Source: Schizochytrium sp. TIO01
Taxonomy: Eukaryota > Protista > Bigyra: Labyrinthulomycetes
Direction of reading: 5' to 3'
NCBI GenBank assembly: GCA_004764695.1
Contig: SMSO01000015.1
Coordinates: 1-43,919 of the forward strand
DNA length: 43,919 nt
Numbering within the stretch: position 1 is the stretch's first letter; each line of letters begins with the position of its first letter. Positions 1 through 11,890 of the stretch are shown here, in pieces. Below the pieces are notes generated by a model. The model had not been told where the DNA came from and ran no database searches. It saw only the letters and a program-made list of their open reading frames with translations. The translations under genes and the position numbers were made by a program.

Positions 1-282
1 TTGATGATGTATAGATCTATAGGTATTTCGTATGCTACCAGAGCCTGTACCACGTGCTGAGCGTGAAGCGCCTGCGCCATCACCGCGGGAAGCCCTATCA
101 ATAATCACTCGCTCAGCCAGGCGGCGAAGTTCAGGTGAACGAAAATGCCTTGCAATGAGGTTGTGCAGACCTGCTTCTTGCTCTTCTTTGAGATTCTGCA
201 TAGCTTCGATGCGGCTCAAAGGCGATTCCGTTGAGGCTGCAAGAAGCTGGCCCTGTTGTGAACGTGATCTTCCCCGCATCAT
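1..282 (-). CDS. Partial CDS of unknown function running off the left edge
   Basis: Minus-strand frame MMRGRSRSQQGQLLAASTESPLSRIEAMQNLKEEQEAGLHNL... is open to position 1. A possible acceptor (ttag) lies at ~302. No recognisable family. Confidence 0.35.
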   Translation of the reverse strand, partial: MMRGRSRSQQGQLLAASTESPLSRIEAMQNLKEEQEAGLHNLIARHFRSPELRRLAERVIIDRASRGDGAGASRSARGTGSGSIRNTYRSIHHQ

Positions 283-2874
283 GAAAGAGATCCCAGGTTG
301 ACCTAACTTAAATTATCAATTCTTGTTGTTTCCTTGATCTCTTCTTATTTTTCTACTGCTTTCCTTCTTGTTGTCGTTGATAGTTGTTTAGAAATGTTCT
401 ATGTCTCGAGATGGTCCAATATGCAGCGAGGAAGAGAGTGTTACCAGCAGACACGGAAAACCACAACCGAAAATACCTATATAAATCACACGGCCTCCAC
501 GCTGCCTAACTTGGAAATTTTCACGGAAATAAACTCGTCAGTTTCACGAAGCTCCGGCCCTAACTTCGCAGGGCACGGAAAGTTATCGACGTGAAAATTG
601 GAACTGCACAGAAATGATGAAGGAAGGAACACTATAGAAATAAGAAAGAAATAAAAGAAGGAAAGAAATAGAGAAACGAGGAATAATTCTGCGCGATCTT
701 GGTGATGCCAAGAACCCGGCCTCCAAGCGGGCTACGAAGCTGCTCGAGCACAGCGAACGCCCGTAATCGGCCAGTGGAAGCTCCTCCGAGGACCCGGCAG
801 CTCGCAAGGGGTCTAACGGGGGCAGCGGAGGAGGCTTGAGAACAGAAATGTAATGGGAATGTAATGGGTAATTAACCCCAGTGATTCTGGCCCCGTGCAC
901 GCGGCCCGCACACAAGCGAGGGCCTGCCCGGAGGTCGCCGCCCCCCGCGGCGGCCACCACGCCAGTCGAGCTTCTCGCCCGACGGCGTCGAGGAGTGGAC
1001 TCTTGTCGAGTCCACTGTGACGATACTAGTATGGAGAGGGCGAGAGTCGTCCGCCTGGTAGGCCGTTTTTGCTCCCACGGCAAATTATCCATTTTCCTGT
1101 GGACATTTACCCACGTTTCATGCGATTCCATATTTGCGCTTTGCGCCCTCTGTTGCTGCGCTTAAAAGTAATCTTTGACGCTGATATTTTCACAAGCTGT
1201 AGATAGCGATGATTTGAAGATAGTTGTCAAGCTTTGAGGCTCAAAATAGTTTTGGTTATAGCATGGGAGTAGATTTGGTAAATTTGGGGATCCGATTCCA
1301 GCAGTCTTACGGGGAAGATAGGCACTGTCATGTGAAGAGTAGGAGTAGGAACCACTGATATGTCGCATGGTTTTGGGATGGAGAAGCCCGTGCCGCGTGA
1401 ACATAGACAGGTGAGGCCAATGTGATTTGGAGAGATGGCTGTGGTCTTCGTGGGCTGGCTTTCCAGCTTTTTCGAGTTGGTTTGATTCTGGGTTCTGAGG
1501 TTTTCTTCCCAATTAAAAACACAGACACGAGTACAATTGCACCGCTGTCACTACTCGTTAGAGGTCTGGGGAGTGAAGGAGGCACCGGCCAGCGTACTGA
1601 CGCTGCGTCGCAAACCAGGGACTCAGACTGTGCCTCTGTTTTTGCAATGCCAGCCAGATTTCCGTGGTGGTGGTTGTGCGAGAAATGTCCCATATGATGT
1701 GCGAGGTACCGATCTGGGGACAAAAAGCGCCAAAGGGCTGGCTCCCGAACATTCTGAACAAGTTAACTACTTCAAAAAAAAGGAAAGAGACTGGCTGTGG
1801 TTGCTCAAGAGGATCATGAGCAGCAATAGAATCAGTGTTGTTCTGTTTCATGTCTGTTTCACATTTCGTTTATTATAGATTAAACTCTAAAATGCCAAGT
1901 GCAGGAGTGGCGTTCATGATATTAAACCATGGCAAAATTAGTCTTAAGAGGAAGGCATGTTTTGCTAGCGTTCTGATTCCAATCTGATTTTACTACTAGC
2001 ATGCGAGATTATATTTTAAATTAAAAAAACCAAAAAACCCAAGAAACAATAATAATAAGTAAACAACATGTATTGAATAATTATACCCAAAGGTTTGTTT
2101 GCTTTCTTATTCTGCTGATTGATCCTTAAGCTTCCCATACTGATAGTTTTTATAGTAGGTCACCTGCGACCTTCATATATTATCATCAAAGTCCTGAGGC
2201 TTTCCATCTGTAACAGTAGGCTGACGCAAGCCAATTCCCTATTTCCTCACTGCCCATAAGCAAATATCTATTACCAGCCAAGGAGCGAGTAGATGTTTTT
2301 CTCTCTCGAAACAAGACCTACGATGGTTGTTAGCCATCTCTGTTGCATCCTAATTTTTAGGTCTATAAATCCCTTCCTTCACATATGCCTTCCCCTCATT
2401 CATGCCTCACCAAGCTTATAGAATTGTTAAAAGGATCAACAACTCCGCACACCACGAGTATGTGATATATCCTTTGTATCCCAATTATATTCTTTCGTAG
2501 CAAGCCTATTATCTGCCATGCTCTGCAGGTATTCAATCCACTCGATCTTTTGTACACGGTTCTTGCATTACCTGTGTCAAGGTTGGTTCTGCGTGTGATC
2601 CATTTCTGTTCTGTGGCACCTTTTAAATACGATTTAAGTATCTAAATTTAGGTACTGTTTAGGTACCTTACTTTACGATAGCAAAAATGAGATAATGACG
2701 ATCAAAGCAATCAAAAACCTAGATTAAAACCTCGATTGCGTGTGGTGATCTGCGCTGCTGCAGACTTACCCTGGCGGGGCAGCAGCAGAATAATCACCAA
2801 ACGCTACGGATCGAGGTGGGCTCTGCCAGAGGATTGCGAGGCCGGCGCCACAGAAACTGCCTGGAAGAGTCGCG

Positions 2875-5800
2875 ATGAGCGTCGAGGACGACACCTTGAG
2901 CGCCGCCAAGCCCGCTGCTGAGCCCGCTGCGGCTGCAGAAAATGCCTCCAGCGACGACAATAAACTATCAGGCGAGTTATCCTCACAGATTGTCGCCGCT
3001 ACAACAGCTCCTGAGCCGGCCTCTGCCGAGGTTTCTGCGAGTGCTTCGCAGGATACCGCTCAAAACGAAATGGAAGTCGAAAACGTCAAAACGCCAAACT
3101 CACCTAAAATCTTGAATAGCGACGATAGCAACGATGGTGCTGAAGTCAAGGAAAGTTCTGCTACAAAACCTGAGAGTAGCTCTCAAGGTACAGATATCCC
3201 AAAGGGTGAAACTGACTCGAAGAATCCTGAAACCTCGGAGGATGGCGATGTTAAGATCGAAGACACAGCTAGAGATGGAGATATCTCCAAATACGCCAAA
3301 GGTGACGCAGATAATGTTGCGAATGACGAAGATAATGTCAAAATGGAGGATGCTGAGATGGAGTCAAAAAGTACAAAGAAGGAGGATATCGGGCCGCTCG
3401 CGAAGGGTTGGGTACAGCTTGAGACGCCCGAAGGCGAAGCATATTACCATCACAAGGCGTCGGGCGCTATTCGATGGCAGAGGCCAACAGAGGATAAGAA
3501 CGATACATTGGCAAGTTCCAAGGAAGAGACCGCCCAAGATAAAGACTCCAAAAAAGATTTAGATGGCGACGACGTGGTCGACAACGCTGTAGGTGCCGAG
3601 AAAGATACTGCTGGGGACACCATTATGCAGAAGGCTGAAGGTGCTAATGATTTTCACTCTGAACAGTCTGTGGTGGCACCAAGTCCTCGGAAGCGTAAAG
3701 TCGGAGATGATGATGATGTGGAGGTGGCCATTGAGGACATGTCGAAGGAGCGTAGGGAATTGCAAGCGCGGTTGTCTGCAAAAGATGCTATACTGGACCC
3801 TCGTGTAAAGGGCTGGATGGCAGAGTGGCTGCGACGCGACGGGGAGGACCTCAAACGACGCAAGAAACGAGAGCGAAGAGATGTGGATCTCCTTGTAGAG
3901 ATGCTTGCATCAGGGTACGACGGCTACGCGGAGTACACAGCACTCGTGGTGCGCTGGCTTGGCCTCTTGGAGCAGAGGTCTGCTGATGGCACTGAAAATG
4001 GCGATGGTACTGGGGCATTGGCGGCAGCTGCATCCACATCAACAATGGCAGGAGGCGCAGCAGTCGGACACACTAGTGCAGGCAAAAACAGCCATAATGG
4101 CGGCATTAGCAACGAAAGACAGCTACAACCACCACAACAACAAGAAGCATCAGTTATGGGTGCTTTGGACCGCCAACTCTCTGGTACGATGCTGCTTGGG
4201 AAGGACGAGGGCGCTGCTGGAACATTACCACCGCCACCGCCGTCTGTAGTAGACTATTTGAGCAAGCTTGTTGACCAGCAATTTCAGAAGGATAAGCTAA
4301 TGGATATGATGGAAGAGGATCTGCCACCAGCATGGCTCAGAGGCATGCTGCACTCAACGGAGTGGCGCATGACGCTAATCCGTCTCGCTGACAAACACAA
4401 GACGGTTCCTTTACTGGACTTTGCTGTGCGCGCCATGTGCAAAGAGGGCCACCATAACGAGGTAGCTCAGGTCATGAACCCAGCTAACTATTTTGCCGTA
4501 TTCCGGCGCACCTTTACAGATTTATTGCGCGAGATCCTGGACTGTGAAGACGGCCGTGGAAACAGTCCTACAGAACTGAGTAAGCTTGAGGAGCGCTTCC
4601 GAGAGTTGGCGGGTCACTCACAGTTTACTTATTTGTTTGCTATGGAGGCTCTTGAGGCCCTTGAGGGCAGTGACGATGGCCTTGAGGGAGTGGTGGCCGC
4701 CACTGCAGCGAGCGAGGGCCCGACTTCCGACGCCGTGGCTTCTGTGCTGGCGTCGCTCCAACTCAAGTCTACGTTATTGCGAGCAAAGGTCCGAAGGTTG
4801 AGGCAGGGCTTGCTGAATGTTCCGCGCAAACAGGATGCAGTTGAGCAAGGCCGAGCTGAGGCTATCCAGTTATGCAAACCTATCAACCGACGCAATGTAG
4901 GAGGACTGAGCGCAAGTCCAGCCTGTGGTGGTTTCCCTGCACTGGCCAATTTACTACGAACATGCCTGAAAGATCGAATGTTTAAGCCGGAGGCCTTTAT
5001 GCGTCTTCGTGCCATTTATGACCCTGAACGAAACCACCAAGCTAGTTTGGTGCCTCTATGGCCCTTGCGCCGCTTGGAGGTTATTCTCCTCTTAGTGACC
5101 CAGCTTTTTGACCCTTTCAGGAGTATGGAAGCGTCTTGCATTGAAGATGGTGCATACATTACAGCTGTGGCCGCTGCTCGTGTACCTGGCAAAGGCCTAG
5201 AACGCGAAGTTTATGTCGCACTTGTGGATGCCATTAAGGTTTGTAAGGACAGCAAGACTATGTCGATGGAAGCATTACAGGTGGATTCGCAGAGTATTCA
5301 AATGCTGACCAGTCTGGTTGCAGACTTCCCAATTGTATCAAGCGGTGTGATTCGATTCGCACGCAACTGTATGATGTCATCAAATTTTCAAAAGGAGAAA
5401 TATTTTTTCACAGGTATGCGAGTGATGTTGCACCTCATTCGCTGCGCTGTGCGTGCACACCCTCTCCAGCGAATTATGGCATTCTTTGCAATTTGTCAAG
5501 CCTTGCCCATGAATCCTGCACACATATATCAATCTAAGCTTCTGGAAATCAAGAAGCTGATGGTGGATGAATTGATATTCCTTGTTGAGTCAGGCTTCAT
5601 TTTCCAGGTTCTTGAATTCGTTCGTAACCAAGCTTCGCTGGGACGCATGGACGCGCCGCTCGTTTGCCATTTTGTTGTTGAACTGGCCAAGACAGTTGGC
5701 AGCAATTTGTCACCCGAGTTCGCAAAAGCTGTTCTGCAGCTCGTTACACTTGACGCATGTGTACGTGCTGTACGTGCAGCACACAACCGTGAGCACCTTC

Positions 5801-6129
5801 GCCTCGTCAACGAATTGCGGACAAAGTGCCAAAACACGGTCACCTTGGCATCGACGATGCCTAGTTCTGCAGTGTCCTCATCGGTTATGCAATATGCAGC
5901 TACTTCATCACCCACCAACCCTGGGGCACCTTCGGGAGGTTCTGCTGGAGCTGTAGCAGGGGGCTCATCAGCGACAGCTGCGTCTGTCTCCAATGGCAAT
6001 GTTGCAAACCGTATGTCCTCTGTAACCTCGGCGGCCTCTGCTGCTGCAGCTGCTGCTGCGCGGGGAGGTGCTGGAAATCCTGCAAGGCGCCGGGAGAAAA
6101 TCAGCCTTGTTCCCTTTCGGCCCAAATAA
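2875..6129 (+). CDS. NELFCD: Negative elongation factor C/D (TH1-like) with acidic N-terminus and WW domain
   Basis: 1084-aa intronless ORF. WW domain LAKGWVQLETPEGEAYYHHKASGAIRWQRP. TH1-like segments LVEMLASGYDGYAEYTALVVRWL and PPAWLRGMLHSTEWRMTLIRLADKHKTVPLLDFAVRAMCKEGH resemble animal NELF-C/D as recalled. Confidence 0.8.
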   Translation: MSVEDDTLSAAKPAAEPAAAAENASSDDNKLSGELSSQIVAATTAPEPASAEVSASASQDTAQNEMEVENVKTPNSPKILNSDDSNDGAEVKESSATKPESSSQGTDIPKGETDSKNPETSEDGDVKIEDTARDGDISKYAKGDADNVANDEDNVKMEDAEMESKSTKKEDIGPLAKGWVQLETPEGEAYYHHKASGAIRWQRPTEDKNDTLASSKEETAQDKDSKKDLDGDDVVDNAVGAEKDTAGDTIMQKAEGANDFHSEQSVVAPSPRKRKVGDDDDVEVAIEDMSKERRELQARLSAKDAILDPRVKGWMAEWLRRDGEDLKRRKKRERRDVDLLVEMLASGYDGYAEYTALVVRWLGLLEQRSADGTENGDGTGALAAAASTSTMAGGAAVGHTSAGKNSHNGGISNERQLQPPQQQEASVMGALDRQLSGTMLLGKDEGAAGTLPPPPPSVVDYLSKLVDQQFQKDKLMDMMEEDLPPAWLRGMLHSTEWRMTLIRLADKHKTVPLLDFAVRAMCKEGHHNEVAQVMNPANYFAVFRRTFTDLLREILDCEDGRGNSPTELSKLEERFRELAGHSQFTYLFAMEALEALEGSDDGLEGVVAATAASEGPTSDAVASVLASLQLKSTLLRAKVRRLRQGLLNVPRKQDAVEQGRAEAIQLCKPINRRNVGGLSASPACGGFPALANLLRTCLKDRMFKPEAFMRLRAIYDPERNHQASLVPLWPLRRLEVILLLVTQLFDPFRSMEASCIEDGAYITAVAAARVPGKGLEREVYVALVDAIKVCKDSKTMSMEALQVDSQSIQMLTSLVADFPIVSSGVIRFARNCMMSSNFQKEKYFFTGMRVMLHLIRCAVRAHPLQRIMAFFAICQALPMNPAHIYQSKLLEIKKLMVDELIFLVESGFIFQVLEFVRNQASLGRMDAPLVCHFVVELAKTVGSNLSPEFAKAVLQLVTLDACVRAVRAAHNREHLRLVNELRTKCQNTVTLASTMPSSAVSSSVMQYAATSSPTNPGAPSGGSAGAVAGGSSATAASVSNGNVANRMSSVTSAASAAAAAAARGGAGNPARRREKISLVPFRPK

Positions 6130-6878
6130 AATATGATCTTTGATGATCCCCCTCTTTTTTTAATACTCTCTTCCTTTCCATCTTCTATTTTGCCTCTTTC
6201 CATCATGTTCTTTTGATTTCTCTTTCCCGTGTGTTGCTGCTGTTTCTCCTGTTTCGCTGAAGAAGTCGCACTCAGAGGTGTTTGAAGGGTTCTAGGGACT
6301 TCTTCTGGAGTTTGCATAGTAAAATAGAGACTAACTCAAGCGAGTGTAAAGCTCAAATCTATTATTGCACGGAGGTACACGTGGAGCAATATAAGTATCG
6401 AGTGGTTCGTGCTGACCCCATCGGTCACCCACAAAGAGGTCTCTATGATGGCGCAGGATTAGCGAGTGCCAAGACTAGAAGTTCCTGCTAGGCAGGCAAC
6501 ACAACGTTTTATATTTTTTTTTGGACCTTGACTACACCAAAACGGTTTCTTATTTTAAAAAAGATCACAACAATATTTGTTTTGGGAATATAGGAATCTG
6601 TTAATAAACTCCACATGGCTTGGTGAGAAGACGCGACCAAGGCAATTCATGGTATTCTAATACGTTTGTATAATGTTGGGAAGAAGAACCAAAGGGTCTG
6701 AATGCTAAATTTCAGGTCCCTGATAAGAAGAAGTAGCGGTATTCTGAACGATAGGTCTTCATCCTTTGAGGCCCTTCCACATCAAGCAATAAGTTTGCTT
6801 CAATCACTGGTGCAGGATGCAGCGCAGAGCAAAGCTTGACTGGAGCCTGAGAGCAATCATATCGAAGATGATGCAAAC

Positions 6879-7430
6879 TTACTGGCCAGGCTTGTAGCAG
6901 CACTTCTTGAACTTCTTGCCAGAGCCACAAGTGCAGGGCTCGTTAGGCTTGACCTTCTTGACAGCCTGAACGGGGGCCTTGACCTCCTTCTTGGCACCAC
7001 CAAGGGGCACAAAGGAGGTGTCAGTCTCGGCGTGCTGGTAGAACTCGTGGTCCTCGGCCTTGGTGCTAACCTTGTTCACACGTGCCATGGAAGCATCCTG
7101 CTTGTGCTCACCCTCCTGGAACTTGCTGTAGCACTGCTCACAGAGGTCGTGGTTCGGGCAGTTCTTGCACTTGTAGCGGAAACCCTGGATGGGGCGGGCA
7201 GTGCACATATCGCACTGTTAAGAGAAGAATATGCAGCCATCATTGTTATGGCCATGTGTGGAAATGTCATCGAAGCAATATCATTGGAGCGTCAAAAAGG
7301 AGAGCATAATAAAAAAAATTCCGCGTTAGCCTCACTGTCGCAAATCTTAGATCCACTCATGTACTACTACGCAGCCAGGCACTCATAGCCCGGGCCACCT
7401 TACTTTGCAAGAGCCCGTGCTGGCTGCCAT
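6879..7430 (-). CDS. Small ZZ-type zinc finger protein with C-terminal SEC-C motif (2 exons: 7404-7430, 6879-7214; ~120 aa)
   Basis: ATG at 7430, phase-0 intron GTAAGG...TAACAG. ZZ motif CDMC..PIQGFRYKCKNCPNHDLCEQCY. C-terminal KVKPNEPCTCGSGKKFKKCC is a SEC-C motif. Confidence 0.8.
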
Positions 7431-8632
7431 GTCTTTTTAAGTTCATTCACACCACGCCCGTACTGTCTCCACTCACCGTGATGCCGTTGTGGGTGCCGTA
7501 TTTATCCATGGTTACTATTGAAAAGTTCGAACGGTTCGAGAGCTTTCTTGGTCTACTCTACGAGGCAGAGTGCGATGGAAAAGACTCCTTGTGGTTTGTT
7601 TGCGGTTTGCTCGCCTCCGCCACTCGTAGGATTCGACTAGGCATTGGTAAAGGGATACTCTAGGGCTACCCTTGGTGATCTATTACCTACCTACCTACCT
7701 AATAGAATGCGCTCAGTAGTAGGTACCTATCAGAACTAGTGAATTCTCTGTGAAAGTTGGGAGCTTCAGAAGCCTCAAAAAAACATGTCTTGCGATAATT
7801 TTGTGCAAGAAGAGCTAGGTCTGGCTATAATGAAAGCAAACACCTTTCGAATATTTACATATTCAATGAAGAGAAGTAAGTGTGTAGCGGACTAAAGCGA
7901 AGCTTTCTGCGAATCCGGGCTGCAAACAAAACTAATGTTTCAGTTTTGATAAAAAGATTGAAGTACTATACGTACTGCGTATTCGATTGCATGTGGCTGA
8001 AGTGGGCTCTTCGAATTGTTTTATGTTTGATGCATGTGTTACTCTATAATTAATGGCATAGAATCCCTCAACGCATTCTGAAGGATAAATTCTCAAAGTG
8101 CAACTTTTAGATAGAATGTAGCATCGCTTAATTAATTCGCGTCCTAGCATGATGTCAAGTTGCGCTTGGAGTGCATTTTCTCAGCGAAAGGTCCTCATTC
8201 GATTTCTTCTCTATCAACGAGAATAGAGGAAGCAACCTTTGTTCCTCAGTTCAAAACGAAATTGAACTAGCTCTAAGTAATGTTAGTTTGCTGTGTTAGC
8301 CGTTACCCGATTCTCAAACGAAAACTAAAACGATATCTAATTCCCTCGCGTGAGAATTCTGTTTGCCATGGCAGTAAATTGATGGCCATCTCAACAGGGG
8401 ATCGATCCTCCTTGGTGCATAATTAGCTCGAAAACCTAATCTTGCTAGAGTTCTTGGAACGTTCTCTTCAATCTGTGTTACAATAAAACCGTTCTTCTCG
8501 TTATAATTGCTGTCTGTCAATGACCAAAAGACTTCAAAGCTCAGTCAGAAGTTGAAAGCAAGGGGCGGGTCGCGTCTTGCTTGATAACTTAGAGCCGCCT
8601 ACTCGCGTGGGTCGGCGACATCAGCGCCAGCC

Positions 8633-9237
8633 ATGTTTCCTTCCTTGTTGCCAGCGACAATTGAACCGGTATGGTGTCCGGTCCTCGGCATGGACGAAGA
8701 AGATGCGCTTGCACAGGTATGTTGAAACGCTGTAGTGAAAAAGTAAAGAATACAGAACATGATGATTCTTGAAGAAACGCAGCTCTATGACTATGGTAGT
8801 GGCAACTGCATGTGAAATTCAGAAACTGACTGAAAGTGGCTACATGTGGCGATTCGATTGGTTGCTGTATTCAATGCGTATATTGAATTCTGACAACCAT
8901 GATTTATCCTGAACTTCGGGCTCAATTGTTGTAGGAGGAGCAAGCATTTGAGCAAAAGCTTGCAGCAATTCGAGGTCAGCGCGGGCCTCGACCGATTGGC
9001 GTACAGAAGAAGAACCTGGGTGAGGACGAGGACGAGGACGATCATGAAATGGTTGAAGATGAAGAAGAGGAGGAGGAGGAGGAGGAAGAAGATGAGGCAG
9101 AGATGTCCGAAATGGCCCTTGAGGAGTCTGATATGTCAGAGGGGAGACTTGATGAAGAGGCATCTGGACTTGGCGGCATGTACGATGACGAGGATGATGA
9201 AGAGGAAGATGAAGATTATGACTCAGATGCCTGGTAA
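8633..9237 (+). CDS. ANAPC15: Anaphase-promoting complex subunit 15-like (2 exons: 8633-8716, 8935-9237; 128 aa)
   Basis: The spliced product (CAG|GTATGT ... TTGTAG|GAG) reads MFPSLLPATIEPVW...EEQAFEQKLAAI...PRPIG followed by a long acidic tail ending in W. This matches the recalled APC15 pattern (LFPSLFP..TETLW...LVPIG + acidic tail). Confidence 0.75.
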
Positions 9238-9756
9238 ATGCTTTCTCCTCCTTTACTTTGTAACCATATTAAAACAAACACTCCGAATTTATGCTTTGCT
9301 TGTTGTTTGTTGTTGCGAAACAATAGAGGAAAAATTATTATATCGTTTCATGAAAACTATCCATATCTAAAGTTTTCCTTAGGTAGGAGAGTATCACCTG
9401 GTGGTTTGAAATAATCCCGTTGAGCTGTGTAAACCTGGGCAAGTTTCTGTGCTTCTTTACACACAAAATAGCTGAAGTGTTAGACACCACCTTAAAACTA
9501 AAGCAAGCTACTATTGAAGAGAAGATATACTACCCTCTATGCATGAGAGCTTGTTTAAAGACGAAATAATTAAACATTAAAGACTGTACACTTTGACACC
9601 TAGCCGTGTGGTTTTGGGTATTTGAACACCGAAAGTATTAGATAAGATATCATCTCAAGCTTTGGTGTAATGCACAAAAGAAACGCTATCAATGACTGCT
9701 GCAGGATCTGCGCGGTGGGGAGCTTTGAAACCAAATATTATGTCTGAATAATTAAA

Positions 9757-10458
9757 CTATCGAACAAACTTATACGCCCAGAGTTCTTCATATGCAGGCG
9801 ACCAGCTCTTACGAGCCCATGGGATATCAGCAAGTGTGACGGCATCGCGCACGCCAGGATCGATGGTGGAGATTTGCAGATACATGCCACCAGGTTTGAG
9901 CATACGATGCACCTGGCGCAAGAAGTCGTGAGTCATGTCATCACCTCCAAATTCTACTGCGTCAAGTGTGCCCTTGTCAATGCACAAGTCCACTGAAGAA
10001 TCTTCGATTTTTGATGCAAATATATCGTCTTGCATGAAAACACTTCGAGCAAGGACATTCTGCTCGTACTTCGTCTTGGCCACTTTTTCAAGCTGATGCA
10101 CCGCAGCCTCGCTAACATCAACATTAGTCACATGCACATGGTCGAAGGCCTTAGCAACGCGGAGTCCGAGCTCACTTAAACCGCAGCCAATGTGAAGACA
10201 CTTTAGCTCAGACAGTCTCGCCAGATTGTCGTTGTGGCGCACCTCGCGTTCGATGGTGTCCAATACCTCGTCAACCTCCGCGAACCATTCGCTAGGAGCG
10301 CGACCTGCGCGATACTTGTCGTCCCAAAAGGAAGGCTCCGCAAACTTGCTTGGGTCGCTGCTACTGCTAAAGTTGCTGATTTGGCATCGTAAGGGCCCGG
10401 ACTTGACGTTGCGCAAGTGGTGTAGCTCGCGGCTTGCGAGCCGTGTAAGTGCCATCAT
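9757..10458 (-). CDS. Class I SAM-dependent protein-lysine methyltransferase (EEF1AKMT4/METTL12-like), probable mitochondrial leader
   Basis: Motifs FWDDKY, EWF, LHIGCGLSEL, VTNVDVS, IDKGTLDA, LKPGGMY. First ATG at 10458 gives an Arg/Ser-rich leader MMALTRLASRELHHLR. Confidence 0.8.
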   Translation of the reverse strand: MMALTRLASRELHHLRNVKSGPLRCQISNFSSSSDPSKFAEPSFWDDKYRAGRAPSEWFAEVDEVLDTIEREVRHNDNLARLSELKCLHIGCGLSELGLRVAKAFDHVHVTNVDVSEAAVHQLEKVAKTKYEQNVLARSVFMQDDIFASKIEDSSVDLCIDKGTLDAVEFGGDDMTHDFLRQVHRMLKPGGMYLQISTIDPGVRDAVTLADIPWARKSWSPAYEELWAYKFVR

Positions 10459-11503
10459 TTCTGCGATAGCGATTTGTAAATTGAATTCTTTTATTTTTAA
10501 GATCACTTTATTTCGTGTTTTGTTATTTACTACCGGGAAATGCAGTACACAGCTTTTCTCACCACATTGAATTTGTCAGAAGCTTGTTGCTTGCGCCGTC
10601 ATTCTCATTGGTGGTACAAAATAAAAACCAACGTTCTTTGATCAAACAGCATAGTGATACGATCGCATACACCTCGACAATTGTTTTCAGGATTCACTCT
10701 CTTTTTCGTGAAAACCTTCTTTAGTATGTTCTGACTATCATTGCCTATGAGACAGCAAAAACATCACTACTATCATATAACAGTGCGCCTTAAGGAGCGA
10801 AGAAGTGTAAGATATCGCTTTCAGACACTCATTATTATCTCTAACCCCAAATATGGTATCAGTGATAAGCACTATTGCGAACGAGTGTGTACCAACCATT
10901 CCTATCAAATGTAGGTGCTTACTTAAATTTTTATCTCACTGCTTGTACTTGAACAATTTAAGTATTGCCTTCCGACTTCAAGTTGAGTTTTCTCCCGAGT
11001 GAAACAATCTTGGCTCCTACTTGGCCCCCGTGGGCACTTTTGATGCCCGCAATATTTCTGTAGTGCTGTTGCTATGTGCAGCACTCAAAATGGATAATGT
11101 GAACCCTGTAGAATATAAACGCATAACTGTAGCACTCAATGCCTGCATGATTCTGCGTGCCCCAGGATCATAAAGCTCCAGCACCAGTTCTCGATATGGA
11201 ATCTCTCTCCCTCTCCGGCAAGTTCTTGAACTGCTCCAAAACTACCTTCGAATATTTCTACAGCTAGGTATCTAATCTACCTAGTAAGTAGCTACATAGC
11301 TTTCCGACAACTTCTGATTTCTCCACTCCGTTCCCAGGACCAACGCCACGACAGCAGAAAACATTCCATTACAGAGTTGGCGGCAGCTTTCTCTCTCTTC
11401 GCTTCTCTTCCGTCACTCTCAGCTGTGCCCAAAGTAATCATATCCAAGATGGCACAATCGTTTGATTGCACAATCAATTCCACTTCAAGTTCCTCTTCAA
11501 TCT

Positions 11504-11542
11504 ATCTGATCATCTGATCATCTGATCATCTGATCATCTAAT
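11504..11542. repeat. 8-mer tandem repeat (ATCTGATC)n
   Basis: About 4-5 copies read directly. Confidence 0.8.
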
Positions 11543-11890
11543 CTTCCATCCAAGCAAACTCTTATCAGCATCGTCGATGCTACGAACTGGGGTCCTCTCG
11601 CTCAGCCATCCACGATAAAGTTTTCATGGTTAGTTCGTGGACTTGTTTGCTTAAAGGCTGAATTCCAACGATTGATTTCAATAACTGATCTAAACTGCAA
11701 TTGCATTCTCTCATTGATCGCCGTCATCGCACCGTGCGAGAACGTGCTCTCGGCGGGTTCTCGAAACCTTCGTATTTCCACCCATTCTTCGTGGCTGCTA
11801 GTTTGCGCGACCTTTGCGGACTCCAAACAGACGAAGAAAAGCTCAGTGTCTCTGACGTAGGACTGGCGTTAGTCGAGGTAGGACTGCAGC

